A stretch of 64,000 nucleotides of DNA from a virus. The position numbers and the translations under genes were made by a program. Positions within the stretch are counted from its first letter, which is position 1. Each line of letters starts with the position of its first letter. The notes under the pieces are model-generated. The model made no database searches and was not told the DNA's origin. It was given only the letters and a program-made list of their open reading frames with translations. This document shows positions 10,791-20,197 of the stretch, piece after piece. The stretch is from the IMG/VR virus record IMGVR_UViG_3300025264_002028, positions 1 to 64,000 of that record. One strand, written 5' to 3'.

Positions 10791-13700
10791 ATGAGACCCT
10801 GCTGCTGTAAAGAAGAAGGCTGCGAAATTAAATCGGGTTTTTCTATTATTATCAAGCATGGTGCCAGTGATCTATATCCTGAAGGAGCCACTACTACTTA
10901 TACTGAAATAAAAGATAAGTATGATATTCCAGAAAGCCTTGATGGTCTTGAGGTTTTTTGGGAGGCGGATAAAGGAATACCAGAATCTATTGAATTTCGT
11001 TTTGATAAAGGTAACAAATATGCATATTATGCAAACTTAGAGTGGACTCAAGGACGACTCCCTCCTGCGTCGATTGAAAGAGATGTATTAGATGCTAGTA
11101 ATACTAGCCCTATAGAAGTTATTACTAGTGTGGAACACGGGTTTAAAACTGGCGATAAGGTTGATCTGGTTGGAGCTATTGGTAATACTGCGGCCAATGG
11201 TGAGTGGCATGTGGTTGTTATTGACAAATATACGTTCTCCTTGCTTGGCTCTACAGGAAATGGAGACTTTGATATAACATCCAATGCTACAGTAAAAATG
11301 TCAGATATAACAGCCCCCACCATAAAAGAAACATTTTTTTCTTATCTTATAGGTAGCGAAATTGGCTACTTTAATACCATAGCAGACTGGGATTACGAAA
11401 AGGGCACACTTAGAGAAACAACATTAAGGATGTTTGCAGAGGGCTATAGTAGAAAATATCCTACTATTCGTGGAACAGATGCCTCAGATGATCTAATATT
11501 TGAACCTCCTGAACTGTCTATGGCACTAGCACAAGATGTGGCTAACTTAGTATTTCGTGATTCGCAAGCGTCTTTTGGTTATGAACCTAAGGTGTGGACA
11601 ACGCAAGATTTTTCTTTCAAAACCAAACCAGACTTTGATAAATATTTTTCTGAAAGCGATATGTCGTCTTATTCTTTATTAATAGATTTTGCGCCAACCG
11701 TTCAACCATACAATTTTGCCCCACTAAATGTAGCCATTAAAGACCCTGTTGAAGGAGGTCCCACATCTGTTACGTTATTAACATTATCGTATAAAGCGTC
11801 ATGGGGTGCTAGTTATGCAGACCATAGAAAAGTGGGAGGTACGTTAACAGCGTTTGATATTTCTGATGATGACAGTGCAACTTTGCAAACATTATTAAAT
11901 AGTACAGAAAGCTTGAGCGGTATTCCTGATGAAAATATTACTGAGGTATTGTTTACAGCTATAGAAGCTCAACAGCCGTCTACCAATTCTACGGCTACTA
12001 TGAAAGATAAATATGATATTACCATACAGTTATTAAAAGATAATCCTGTAGACGACCTAATATTTTATAGACGAGATGAAGATGGAAACGTATTGAATAA
12101 TTGTGACGGAATAAAATACGCTAGAGCACCAATTAATAAAACATATGTAACATATATTGACCCTAGAGGCAGTTGGATTAATGGAAATGATATAAACATC
12201 TTTATGAGAAAAAAGTATACGTATGTTGATCCTAATTTTCTACGTAACATTCGCAACATTTCTCAAACCCAAGCTCCCAATGCCCCTGTTATCGTTACTA
12301 TTTCAGGAGTACATGGTTTTGAAGATGGAGATAAGGTGCGTATTTTTGATGTCAATGGTGCAATGGGAGACGAAATTGATGGAGACTGGTATATTGATGT
12401 GATTTCAGAAAACTCGTTTTCCTTAAGGGATGCGCCGCTTGTTAGTTTTTTGGACTATTCAGGAGGCGGTAAAGTTAGACAGTTTTTACAAAAAGAGGTA
12501 GATTATTTAATAAATATAGGTAGACAGGCTTCTGTTAGTAATTCTTGTGGTGCGGTGGTAGCGGATTGTGGGGATTTTGGTTTTAAGTTTGGTGCTACTA
12601 CAGACAAATTGTGTGACCCTGTTTTACCTCCTGTGCAAAATATGAAAAAGCCTTTTATTAGTTCCTTTATGGATTGGGAGCCTGATCTTGAAAATTGTCG
12701 CTTTTCTGATTATGATGGTTATAAGGAGGATTACCTAAGTAAAGCGACTATGTTTACACAGAATGGCTATAGACATTATAATAACCAAAGCTATTTAGCT
12801 AATTTTAAGAAAGAATGCGCGCCCCCAAAAGAAGCGAGTGGCTATAAAATATATACTATTAAAGGAACTTTTATTAAATATGATCTTGACACATGGCATG
12901 AGGCTAATGATTCTAACCCAAGGAAGTTTCCTATTGAAGGAAGCCCTTGTGTTGAAGGCTTTACGCCCAAACATCAAATGAAGTTTGAGTGTGTCAATAA
13001 CGCTAGTCTAAGTTCTAAAGTATACCCCACCTGCTACTGGGATTTTCCTAAAGGTATTGACGAAATGGCTCCTATGACACCTGCTAGATTTATGAATCTA
13101 GAACTATTAACGGGAGAAAAATTTTATATCTATGGATCTAAACGTGTGGGTGAAGACCTACATATACAAGAGTATGTTAGTCAGTGGCCAGCAACCTTTT
13201 ATGAAGGTGCGTTGTATGAATTTCCTACGTCTGCTGATACGGCCCTTTTATTTGGGCAGTCTTCATCATGTGTATGGGAAGAGTGTGTTACAGAAGTCGG
13301 AAAAACATTTGGAGGATCACTACTTAATACTTCGTTAGATAGCGTGGGACCTATTGAAGCTTTTCCAAACCTTTCTAGTTCTCCTATAGAAATAAAAGTG
13401 GGTGGGCCACACGGCTTAAAAAATAACGACCTAGTGGTAGTAGCGGGTGTTTTAGGTAACACCGCAGCCAATAATGATTCACCGGGCGCTCCCGATAAAT
13501 GGTCTATTACTGTAACGGGTCCTGACACGTTTTTGCTAAATGGATCGGATAGTAACGGCACATACGCGGGAAGTGGCACTGTAACGCATAGGGTTGATAA
13601 TGTGGAACCTCCTGCATATAAAGCAGATCCTACTACAGGAAAACCATATATTGTTAAAATTAAGCCAGATAAAACGGGATGGCACTATAATGGGTGTATA

Positions 13701-15404
13701 GAAACCCGTTGGGACGCTTTGGATTATGAAGATGATATTATTTATGAGGATGAAGAAGTTGATCCCTATGGGACTAGTATCAAAAAAGTGGAACCTAAAG
13801 ATCCCGGATGGATACAGGAAAACCTATGCAACACAACAAAAAAATATGTTACAGAACTATGGTATAAACATAAGTTAAATTCATCTTTGAGGCGCCCGTC
13901 CAAGACATTACCTTTTATAGGTAGTTTTGGGCATGATGAAAATTATCCTGAAGGTGAAGGTAACGCAATAGCTCATTTGGCGGCTAAAACATGGATAAGG
14001 TCACAAGTAATTGAGGCTACTACTTTATTAAAGCTCGGGTCTATCCCGTGTATATGGGAAACGGACGGATCATGGGTTGATATAGGAGGTATAGAGGCAG
14101 CTACTATTAATTCAGGATATAGTAATGGTATGCTTGATGTACAATTTGATACTAAAGAGTATCATTTACAAAATGGTTGCCAAACTACTAATCAACAGGA
14201 TACTGGGGGCTATAATATAGCGGGACATAAATTAAGTCTGGAAAGTCCAACACAGGGGGAGATAGATCCATGTGGTCTCGAAGGTAAACAAGGCAGCTGG
14301 CAGATTCATAGCAAGGTAATGTCGGGATATGACTTTACAACTAGGAGTTATTATAAAGTCGATCCAAATTGGGCTACATGTCATCCCGAGCTAGAGGGAA
14401 CAGGAAGGTATGCGAGATCTTGTAAGTATGCTCCAAGTGCTGATATTGAAGTTAAAACATGTTTAAGTTATGGTCGTGATGTGTCAGGTATGGGGTTTAG
14501 TGTTTTGGGGGGCACATGTTCAACTGATGATGATCCTCCTATGCCAAAACCCGCTATACATATAGGAGAATTCAGCATAGATCTTGATTTATATAATCCA
14601 GTAACTAAAATTTCTGAATGTTACGATGACACAGATCCATTCGCTGTGCTTCCTGTAGTTGATTGTACTGATGTTATAGATTCTAGGTGTTGCGATAGTA
14701 ATTATTGTCGTTTTACTTTAGCGGATAATATTATAACAATGGACGGAGAGCATAGAGAAGTATATGTAAATATTAGTGATGTATCTCCTCCGTTTGCTAT
14801 TGCAACAAGTGCGGGTACTAAAATAATTGAGTGGAATTTAGGGTGTAATGTATATTTTGATTTTGCGTCTACCTTACCTATCAAGGGTAGCACTACTGAT
14901 AATTGTAGTCATAGTACTGTTATATCTGAATTTGGTGGAGGCACCAGTGGAACGGTATATTTTTATACGAAAACTGTTGCAAATGCGTTGGTCGAATGGG
15001 AGTTAAATGATATATATATTGGTGCTTCTAGTATTGATTTTGGTGGCGACGTTACCATATGTACTGACGTGCGAGGGTGTGGAGGTTGTTCTGTTTGTAT
15101 AAAAGAAGGGGCTACATGTACATCATGTGCAGATGGAACCCAACACATTATTACACCTCTTACTCCGTCTACTACTGCGCGGACACAAAACGTAATCAAA
15201 TGTTTGGGTAAGTGTAAAAATAGCGCATATCCACTAGATAGTGACGTAGAATACTGGCCCAGAGCTATATGTGGCGTTGAAGATTGGACTGGATGTTGTT
15301 TATCGGCATCCCCATTGTTTTGGACAAATTATGGCGCATGTAGTCACGCAGCTACACGATTGTTAAAGGTAAATATTTCACAATTAGGAGGAATAGATGA
15401 CTAA
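10791..15404 (+). CDS. Large Cys-rich virion protein with three E1-FCCH-like beta domains
   Basis: 1537 aa, starts MRPCCC. Three copies of an HG(F/L)xxGDxV...G.W.(V/I)...D.FSL-type domain. Cys-rich C-terminal third. Confidence 0.55.
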   Translation: MRPCCCKEEGCEIKSGFSIIIKHGASDLYPEGATTTYTEIKDKYDIPESLDGLEVFWEADKGIPESIEFRFDKGNKYAYYANLEWTQGRLPPASIERDVLDASNTSPIEVITSVEHGFKTGDKVDLVGAIGNTAANGEWHVVVIDKYTFSLLGSTGNGDFDITSNATVKMSDITAPTIKETFFSYLIGSEIGYFNTIADWDYEKGTLRETTLRMFAEGYSRKYPTIRGTDASDDLIFEPPELSMALAQDVANLVFRDSQASFGYEPKVWTTQDFSFKTKPDFDKYFSESDMSSYSLLIDFAPTVQPYNFAPLNVAIKDPVEGGPTSVTLLTLSYKASWGASYADHRKVGGTLTAFDISDDDSATLQTLLNSTESLSGIPDENITEVLFTAIEAQQPSTNSTATMKDKYDITIQLLKDNPVDDLIFYRRDEDGNVLNNCDGIKYARAPINKTYVTYIDPRGSWINGNDINIFMRKKYTYVDPNFLRNIRNISQTQAPNAPVIVTISGVHGFEDGDKVRIFDVNGAMGDEIDGDWYIDVISENSFSLRDAPLVSFLDYSGGGKVRQFLQKEVDYLINIGRQASVSNSCGAVVADCGDFGFKFGATTDKLCDPVLPPVQNMKKPFISSFMDWEPDLENCRFSDYDGYKEDYLSKATMFTQNGYRHYNNQSYLANFKKECAPPKEASGYKIYTIKGTFIKYDLDTWHEANDSNPRKFPIEGSPCVEGFTPKHQMKFECVNNASLSSKVYPTCYWDFPKGIDEMAPMTPARFMNLELLTGEKFYIYGSKRVGEDLHIQEYVSQWPATFYEGALYEFPTSADTALLFGQSSSCVWEECVTEVGKTFGGSLLNTSLDSVGPIEAFPNLSSSPIEIKVGGPHGLKNNDLVVVAGVLGNTAANNDSPGAPDKWSITVTGPDTFLLNGSDSNGTYAGSGTVTHRVDNVEPPAYKADPTTGKPYIVKIKPDKTGWHYNGCIETRWDALDYEDDIIYEDEEVDPYGTSIKKVEPKDPGWIQENLCNTTKKYVTELWYKHKLNSSLRRPSKTLPFIGSFGHDENYPEGEGNAIAHLAAKTWIRSQVIEATTLLKLGSIPCIWETDGSWVDIGGIEAATINSGYSNGMLDVQFDTKEYHLQNGCQTTNQQDTGGYNIAGHKLSLESPTQGEIDPCGLEGKQGSWQIHSKVMSGYDFTTRSYYKVDPNWATCHPELEGTGRYARSCKYAPSADIEVKTCLSYGRDVSGMGFSVLGGTCSTDDDPPMPKPAIHIGEFSIDLDLYNPVTKISECYDDTDPFAVLPVVDCTDVIDSRCCDSNYCRFTLADNIITMDGEHREVYVNISDVSPPFAIATSAGTKIIEWNLGCNVYFDFASTLPIKGSTTDNCSHSTVISEFGGGTSGTVYFYTKTVANALVEWELNDIYIGASSIDFGGDVTICTDVRGCGGCSVCIKEGATCTSCADGTQHIITPLTPSTTARTQNVIKCLGKCKNSAYPLDSDVEYWPRAICGVEDWTGCCLSASPLFWTNYGACSHAATRLLKVNISQLGGIDD

Positions 15405-15651
15405 TAATGGCACGCCTAGTGGTTTAGGTTGGAAAAAAGATACCTACGGTAAAAGTCCCGAAGATAAAACTGTTATAGATGGCTCTTTACCATGTGGGTC
15501 TATGTTAGAATATATTGATTATGCTAGTGATAGATTTCAAAAAGCAATTAGCCATACACCGATACCTCTTACCACTAAAACGTTACAGATTTCTACCATA
15601 GGCCTATTACCAACAACCATTAAAAGCTCACAATATGAGGAAAATGAATGA
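15397..15651 (+). CDS. Hypothetical protein
   Basis: 84 aa, AGGAGG RBS upstream, overlaps both neighbours. Confidence 0.55.
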   Translation: MTNNGTPSGLGWKKDTYGKSPEDKTVIDGSLPCGSMLEYIDYASDRFQKAISHTPIPLTTKTLQISTIGLLPTTIKSSQYEENE

Positions 15652-16103
15652 AATTTAAATGTAAATGTGGTGCCATATACGATGTACAAAGTGGCTCATT
15701 TACGTGTAAATGTGGATATAGTGATGTATTTAGTGATGTTAGAAGTACGAGTCAAAAGGCTACGCCAGTAGAGAAAATAGAAGGGGAAATTTCTGATTTT
15801 AAGCCTATTATAAATAAGGATATCATGGATTCTAAGATAGTACCTCCACAAGGAAGAGGATGCTGTGGGCAAACATCTCCTAGTTTTTTTCAAAAAGCAA
15901 AAAATTTGGCTAATACAATGGGAGATTTTGCTAATTCGGGCTTTAAAGTAGCGGATGAGGAAGTATACAATAAAAGAATGGAAATTTGCAGAGGATGTGA
16001 CAGGTTTGAAAACAACAGATTTTGTAGGGAATGTGGATGTTTTATGGACCTAAAGGCCAAAATAGAGGTGGCAGAATGTCCCCTAGATAAATGGTCAAAA
16101 TAA
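15648..16103 (+). CDS. Cys-rich putative metal-binding protein (DUF6171-like C-terminus)
   Basis: N-terminal CKC...CKC. C-terminal RMEICRGC...CRECGCFM..K......CPLDKW, a motif common in small phage proteins. Confidence 0.6.
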   Translation: MKFKCKCGAIYDVQSGSFTCKCGYSDVFSDVRSTSQKATPVEKIEGEISDFKPIINKDIMDSKIVPPQGRGCCGQTSPSFFQKAKNLANTMGDFANSGFKVADEEVYNKRMEICRGCDRFENNRFCRECGCFMDLKAKIEVAECPLDKWSK

Positions 16104-16121
16104 CGTTTATGAACTAATTTT

Positions 16122-16153
16122 TGTGTATAATACAATGTTACCTTAATAGGAGG
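16122..16153 (+). promoter_or_regulatory. Putative extended -10 promoter (TGTGTATAAT) and strong RBS (AGGAGG)
   Basis: TGTGTATAATA at 16122-16132 in the intergenic gap. AGGAGG at 16148-16153, ahead of the ATG at 16162. Confidence 0.55.
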
Positions 16154-16161
16154 AATTTAAC

Positions 16162-17082
16162 ATGGCAGAAATTACATTTGGCATAGATGGCCAAGAAAAT
16201 ATAGTAGGATCGGGCCTTGGGTTTTTTGGGGCTACGTTTGGTTCCTCGGTCCAGATAGGTTCCTATCAGGATTCTACATATGTTACTAATTCCGATGGTA
16301 CCACTCAGGGACCAGTGGATCTAAATACCAAATTTACCAATTCGGGTTCTGGAACTGCTAATGGTATTACCACAGAAGACGGTATTAGGTACTTTAATTC
16401 CAGTCGCCGAAGTCTGGAAATCAACTTCGATCACACATCTGAAGTTAATGTGCAGAATGTACAACTGAGAATATATGATAGGGATAATATCAACTATCCC
16501 GCCTCAGGTGTCAATACCAAAGTGTGCGAGTTGCTAAACTTTGACAGCAAAGATTACGACGCATGGAAAACAAACAATGGAGATGACAGTACTAATGGTA
16601 AAGCTGGCGCCGCTATTGGCTCTGGTGACCTTTTCTGGTGGGGTGCGGGCTGGAAAAATACCGAAGTTTCACAGGATTATTACGATAATTCTTCTGGTAT
16701 TCGGTTTTTTAACTTCACCGATACCGACGCCGTTGCGGGCGCGGGAAATGGTGATGGTCGACTCCAGAATACTGTGACAGGTAATACTGAAACCGTAGGT
16801 GGTACGGGAACTATTGTTCCACTCTTTAATTCTCCCGGTAGCGGACAAAGATTCTTAGATAATGATTATGATTCCACCTTTAGACCCAAATGGGTCCAGT
16901 ATTACAACAATGGTTTACGTCCCTCCGGCGTTCCTGATTATGGTTCTGCCACCACGACAGGTACTTATGGGGGAAGTGGTATTGACGCTAGACATACATG
17001 GAGATTGGGTATGTCTGCTACACCATTAAGCATTGGGTCTAAGACTCAGTACGGATTATACGTGTCTCTAGAATATCTATAA
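16162..17082 (+). CDS. Putative abundant structural protein
   Basis: 306 aa, G/T/N/S-rich, with its own promoter-like element, a strong RBS and a downstream terminator. Confidence 0.5.
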   Translation: MAEITFGIDGQENIVGSGLGFFGATFGSSVQIGSYQDSTYVTNSDGTTQGPVDLNTKFTNSGSGTANGITTEDGIRYFNSSRRSLEINFDHTSEVNVQNVQLRIYDRDNINYPASGVNTKVCELLNFDSKDYDAWKTNNGDDSTNGKAGAAIGSGDLFWWGAGWKNTEVSQDYYDNSSGIRFFNFTDTDAVAGAGNGDGRLQNTVTGNTETVGGTGTIVPLFNSPGSGQRFLDNDYDSTFRPKWVQYYNNGLRPSGVPDYGSATTTGTYGGSGIDARHTWRLGMSATPLSIGSKTQYGLYVSLEYL

Positions 17083-17106
17083 TATCACCATTATAAATTG
17101 AGACAC

Positions 17107-17140
17107 AAAAGCCCCGCTTCGGCGGGGCTTTCTTTTATTT
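17107..17140. terminator. Bidirectional rho-independent terminator at the convergence of the two arms
   Basis: AAAA-GCCCCGC-TTCG-GCGGGGC-TTTCTTTT: perfect 7-bp GC stem, cUUCGg tetraloop, A-tract on the left and T-tract on the right. Confidence 0.9.
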
Positions 17141-18046
17141 CTTGAGGTCATTATATATATAACTAGCAACTGCAATATCTTCAATAGCTAATCCGGTAGA
17201 GTCAAACAATGATATATCAGAATCCAAACGATTAAAATCAGGGTTTACTACTTCAGATAAGTTGATAAAATTGTCCCTATTTTCTGTATGCTGAGATTCT
17301 CCAGAATGGAACGCCTGAGCTTTATCATCCACAACACATATATTACATATATTTCCTAAATTGTCTTCAAACTCCTGTTTACCTTCCGCGTCTGCTCCAA
17401 TAGCATTAATGTGTATACCCGGTTTGAGCCATTCTGATTTAATAAAAGGCTTTCTTGAGGGAGTCAGGGTGGTCAATATATCACTTCCACATACGCAATC
17501 TTCTAGCGTTTCACATACGGTAATATTGCCACCAAAAATTGCTACTAAATGATCACATTTAGCCTGATCTAAGTCAAACAATTTGATATGCTTTATATCT
17601 CTTACGTTTAAAATAGCTTCGATTTGGTATTCTGTTTGGAATCCACATCCTACAAAAGCTGCAACTGTAGAATCCTTTTTAGAAAGATATTTTGTGGCAA
17701 CGCCGGTAACGGCTGCTGTTCTATAAGAAGTGATTAGCATACCATCCATCATAGCTATGGGATATCCTGTATCAATATCGTTTAACATAATTACTGCTGA
17801 TACGCTGGGACCAAATTTATTTTTTTCATTATTGGGAAAAATAGAAGCCCATTTAATACCTACTGCGTTACCAAATCTAGCTGGCATTGCCCTAAAGTCA
17901 TTTTCTCCATCCAGCTCCAAATAAATTTTAGGGGGCATTTGTCCTTTGTCTGGATTTTGAAAAACATCTTCCATTATTTTGATGATAGGTTTCATAACAA
18001 GATAGGGAAGAATGTCTTTTTCTTTTATTTGTTTGATGTTATTCAT
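17135..18046 (-). CDS. Ornithine cyclodeaminase/mu-crystallin family protein (resembles archaeal-type alanine dehydrogenase)
   Basis: MPPKIYL, FRAMPA, GIKW, TSYRTAA, Rossmann GCGFQ, HINAIGAD, FDSTGLAIED. Confidence 0.88.
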   Translation of the reverse strand: MNNIKQIKEKDILPYLVMKPIIKIMEDVFQNPDKGQMPPKIYLELDGENDFRAMPARFGNAVGIKWASIFPNNEKNKFGPSVSAVIMLNDIDTGYPIAMMDGMLITSYRTAAVTGVATKYLSKKDSTVAAFVGCGFQTEYQIEAILNVRDIKHIKLFDLDQAKCDHLVAIFGGNITVCETLEDCVCGSDILTTLTPSRKPFIKSEWLKPGIHINAIGADAEGKQEFEDNLGNICNICVVDDKAQAFHSGESQHTENRDNFINLSEVVNPDFNRLDSDISLFDSTGLAIEDIAVASYIYNDLKK

Positions 18047-19130
18047 GGATTTCTAGCTCATTAAGAAGTGTATTGAATAGAGAAACTGGAACATCCTGAT
18101 ATCCTAATGGCCTATTAAGGCTGTTTATATTAGGATTATCCTCTAGACAAGCAAATATGGCAGCGACTAACCCTCCAGATGTGGCACGCTGCATGGCAGA
18201 ATAACCGTCTTTAACTCGTACAAGGTTGGTTTTTCTGTATTTATCGTTGGTACTAGTGGCTTCTACGTCTACAATAACTACATCATCAAACTTTCGGTGG
18301 TCATCACGAAATAACGCTCCTAGCTGGGTGGCATTGAATTTTCTTTGTTCCAAAAAATAAGAGACGAAATCTCTATGTCCTTGGTATCTTAACGTTTTAT
18401 AGGAACAGTTATATACGCCACGATCTTTCATGAGGTTTAATGTGTGTGATATTCCCCCACTTGTAGTGAAGGCCTCTAAGTATTCTATAGTAAATGATTC
18501 TAATTTGGAAGATTGTATTCTTACATATTCTGTTTCTTTGAGAGGGGGAATTTTTTTGAATTCTCCATCTATCAAAATCTCACAATCGTCTACATACTCA
18601 TTGTATAAGCCCTGAACTGACCAAGTTGGCCTATAGTTAAATGGATCTACGGCTTCTGGTACCTTCCTCGCTGGAATTCCACCACACCTAATTTTAACTT
18701 CAATAGGAGTTTCTAACATTTCATGATAAGCTTCTTCTGCCATAATATTAGCCCATCCGGGTGCCAAACCTAAATCAGTAAAAACGGTAGCGTTATTTTC
18801 TTCAGCCATTTGGTTAATTTTATTGCTAGTAGGTACTGATCCACCAAGGTCACAGTATAAAATTTTACTTTTAATAGCAGCCTTAGCCACAGGTAAACTA
18901 ACATTATATGGCAATGAAGAAATTATGAGGTCAAAAGTTTCATCATTTTTAAAGTCTGGATCATTGTGGTTACCTATAGAGATGGCCCTAAATTTTATAT
19001 GTCTATCTGTTTCTAGAGTGGGGGAGGGATTTTCTATATCAAAAGTAGTGATGAAATGATCACCAAGTTTTTTAATCATATGGGCTATAGCGTGTCCCAT
19101 TTGTCCAGTACCAAATAATGCTATATTCAT
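18039..19130 (-). CDS. Saccharopine dehydrogenase / lysine 6-dehydrogenase family protein
   Basis: GTGQMG, SSLPY, YCDLGG, GLAPG, WSVQGLYNEY, EAFTTSGG, YKTLRYQGH, SAMQRAT. Confidence 0.85.
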   Translation of the reverse strand: MNIALFGTGQMGHAIAHMIKKLGDHFITTFDIENPSPTLETDRHIKFRAISIGNHNDPDFKNDETFDLIISSLPYNVSLPVAKAAIKSKILYCDLGGSVPTSNKINQMAEENNATVFTDLGLAPGWANIMAEEAYHEMLETPIEVKIRCGGIPARKVPEAVDPFNYRPTWSVQGLYNEYVDDCEILIDGEFKKIPPLKETEYVRIQSSKLESFTIEYLEAFTTSGGISHTLNLMKDRGVYNCSYKTLRYQGHRDFVSYFLEQRKFNATQLGALFRDDHRKFDDVVIVDVEATSTNDKYRKTNLVRVKDGYSAMQRATSGGLVAAIFACLEDNPNINSLNRPLGYQDVPVSLFNTLLNELEIHE

Positions 19131-19131
19131 T

Positions 19132-20196
19132 CTAGTATCCTCTTACTGCATTTTGACAAACCAATCCCCGTTCTTTAGTCCAATTTTGGGCTTCCTTGAT
19201 AAGGCCATCACTCCAAAGCTTTAGAGCGCCGCTCTGCATTGCCCTCCCAAAGGAGAATGAAAGTCGCCAAGGCTTTTTTTCTTCATCGGTTGATAAACTA
19301 TCTAATCTATTGATATGACTTAAATTTTCAATTGCTTCATCGTCTGATTGTCCCCCGCTTAAAAATGCGATAGCTGGTAGGGCACAGGGTACCTCATTTC
19401 TCAAACATTTAACCGTCATCTTAGCTACAGTTTCCGCATCTGCCCTATCTTTACTTTGATATCCTGATACAATCATATTTGGTTTTAGTATCGTATGCTC
19501 CAGTTCTACATCTTCATAATGTAGGGCGTCAAATAATATATGTAAAACCTGTCTTGTTATTCTATATGAATCTTCTATAGAATGTATTCCATTCATTAAA
19601 ACTTCTGGTTCTACAATAGGTATAATACCGTGCGATTGACATTTTTTAGCATAACGAGCTAACGTCCAACAGTTTGCTAAAAGCCCTTGGGGGCTATTGT
19701 TCTGTAGGAGTACAGCTCTCCACTTAGCAAATTGTGCTCCCAATTCTTTATACTCTACTAACCTTTGATCTAAGCCGTCAAGACCTTCTGTCAGGGTTTC
19801 ATTAGAATCTACAAAATATGGTTTGGCACCTTTATCTACTTTAATTCCTAGCACTATATCGTTTTCAATAAGTGGTGCTATTGTTTCTTCATTTCTGAGG
19901 GTTTCATCAAAAAGGATAACACCACCCACTGACTTCTTAAGGTCCGGTGTAGAAAAAATAGTATGACGATATGAATGTCTAGTTTCAGGTGTAGATTCTT
20001 GACCCACAGACCCAAGTCTATTGGCTATTGTTCCGTCACTTTCATCAGCGGCCAAGATACCCCGAAAATTTTTGAAAATCTTTTTGATAGTCTGATGCAC
20101 TAGACGTGTCTCCTCCTTTAAAAGTTCTTCGCGAAACTCTGGATCACGATTGATACGGTTTTGCACGGTCTCTTTAAAATCCCTAGTTAATCCCAT
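19132..20196 (-). CDS. fba: Fructose-bisphosphate aldolase, class I, with an N-terminal extension
   Basis: GILAADES, GIKVDKG, FAKWR, PIVEPEV, Schiff-base LKPNM, FLSGGQ, FSFGRA, C-terminal Tyr. Confidence 0.93.
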   Translation of the reverse strand: MGLTRDFKETVQNRINRDPEFREELLKEETRLVHQTIKKIFKNFRGILAADESDGTIANRLGSVGQESTPETRHSYRHTIFSTPDLKKSVGGVILFDETLRNEETIAPLIENDIVLGIKVDKGAKPYFVDSNETLTEGLDGLDQRLVEYKELGAQFAKWRAVLLQNNSPQGLLANCWTLARYAKKCQSHGIIPIVEPEVLMNGIHSIEDSYRITRQVLHILFDALHYEDVELEHTILKPNMIVSGYQSKDRADAETVAKMTVKCLRNEVPCALPAIAFLSGGQSDDEAIENLSHINRLDSLSTDEEKKPWRLSFSFGRAMQSGALKLWSDGLIKEAQNWTKERGLVCQNAVRGY

Positions 20197-20197
20197 C

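Noticed and set aside
653-15199. Short antisense or alternate-frame ORFs within the large structural genes (e.g. 2682-2984, 5082-5429, 5445-5822, 13199-13579)
   Set aside because: Fully nested in long coding frames, with no recognisable motifs; consistent with shadow ORFs.
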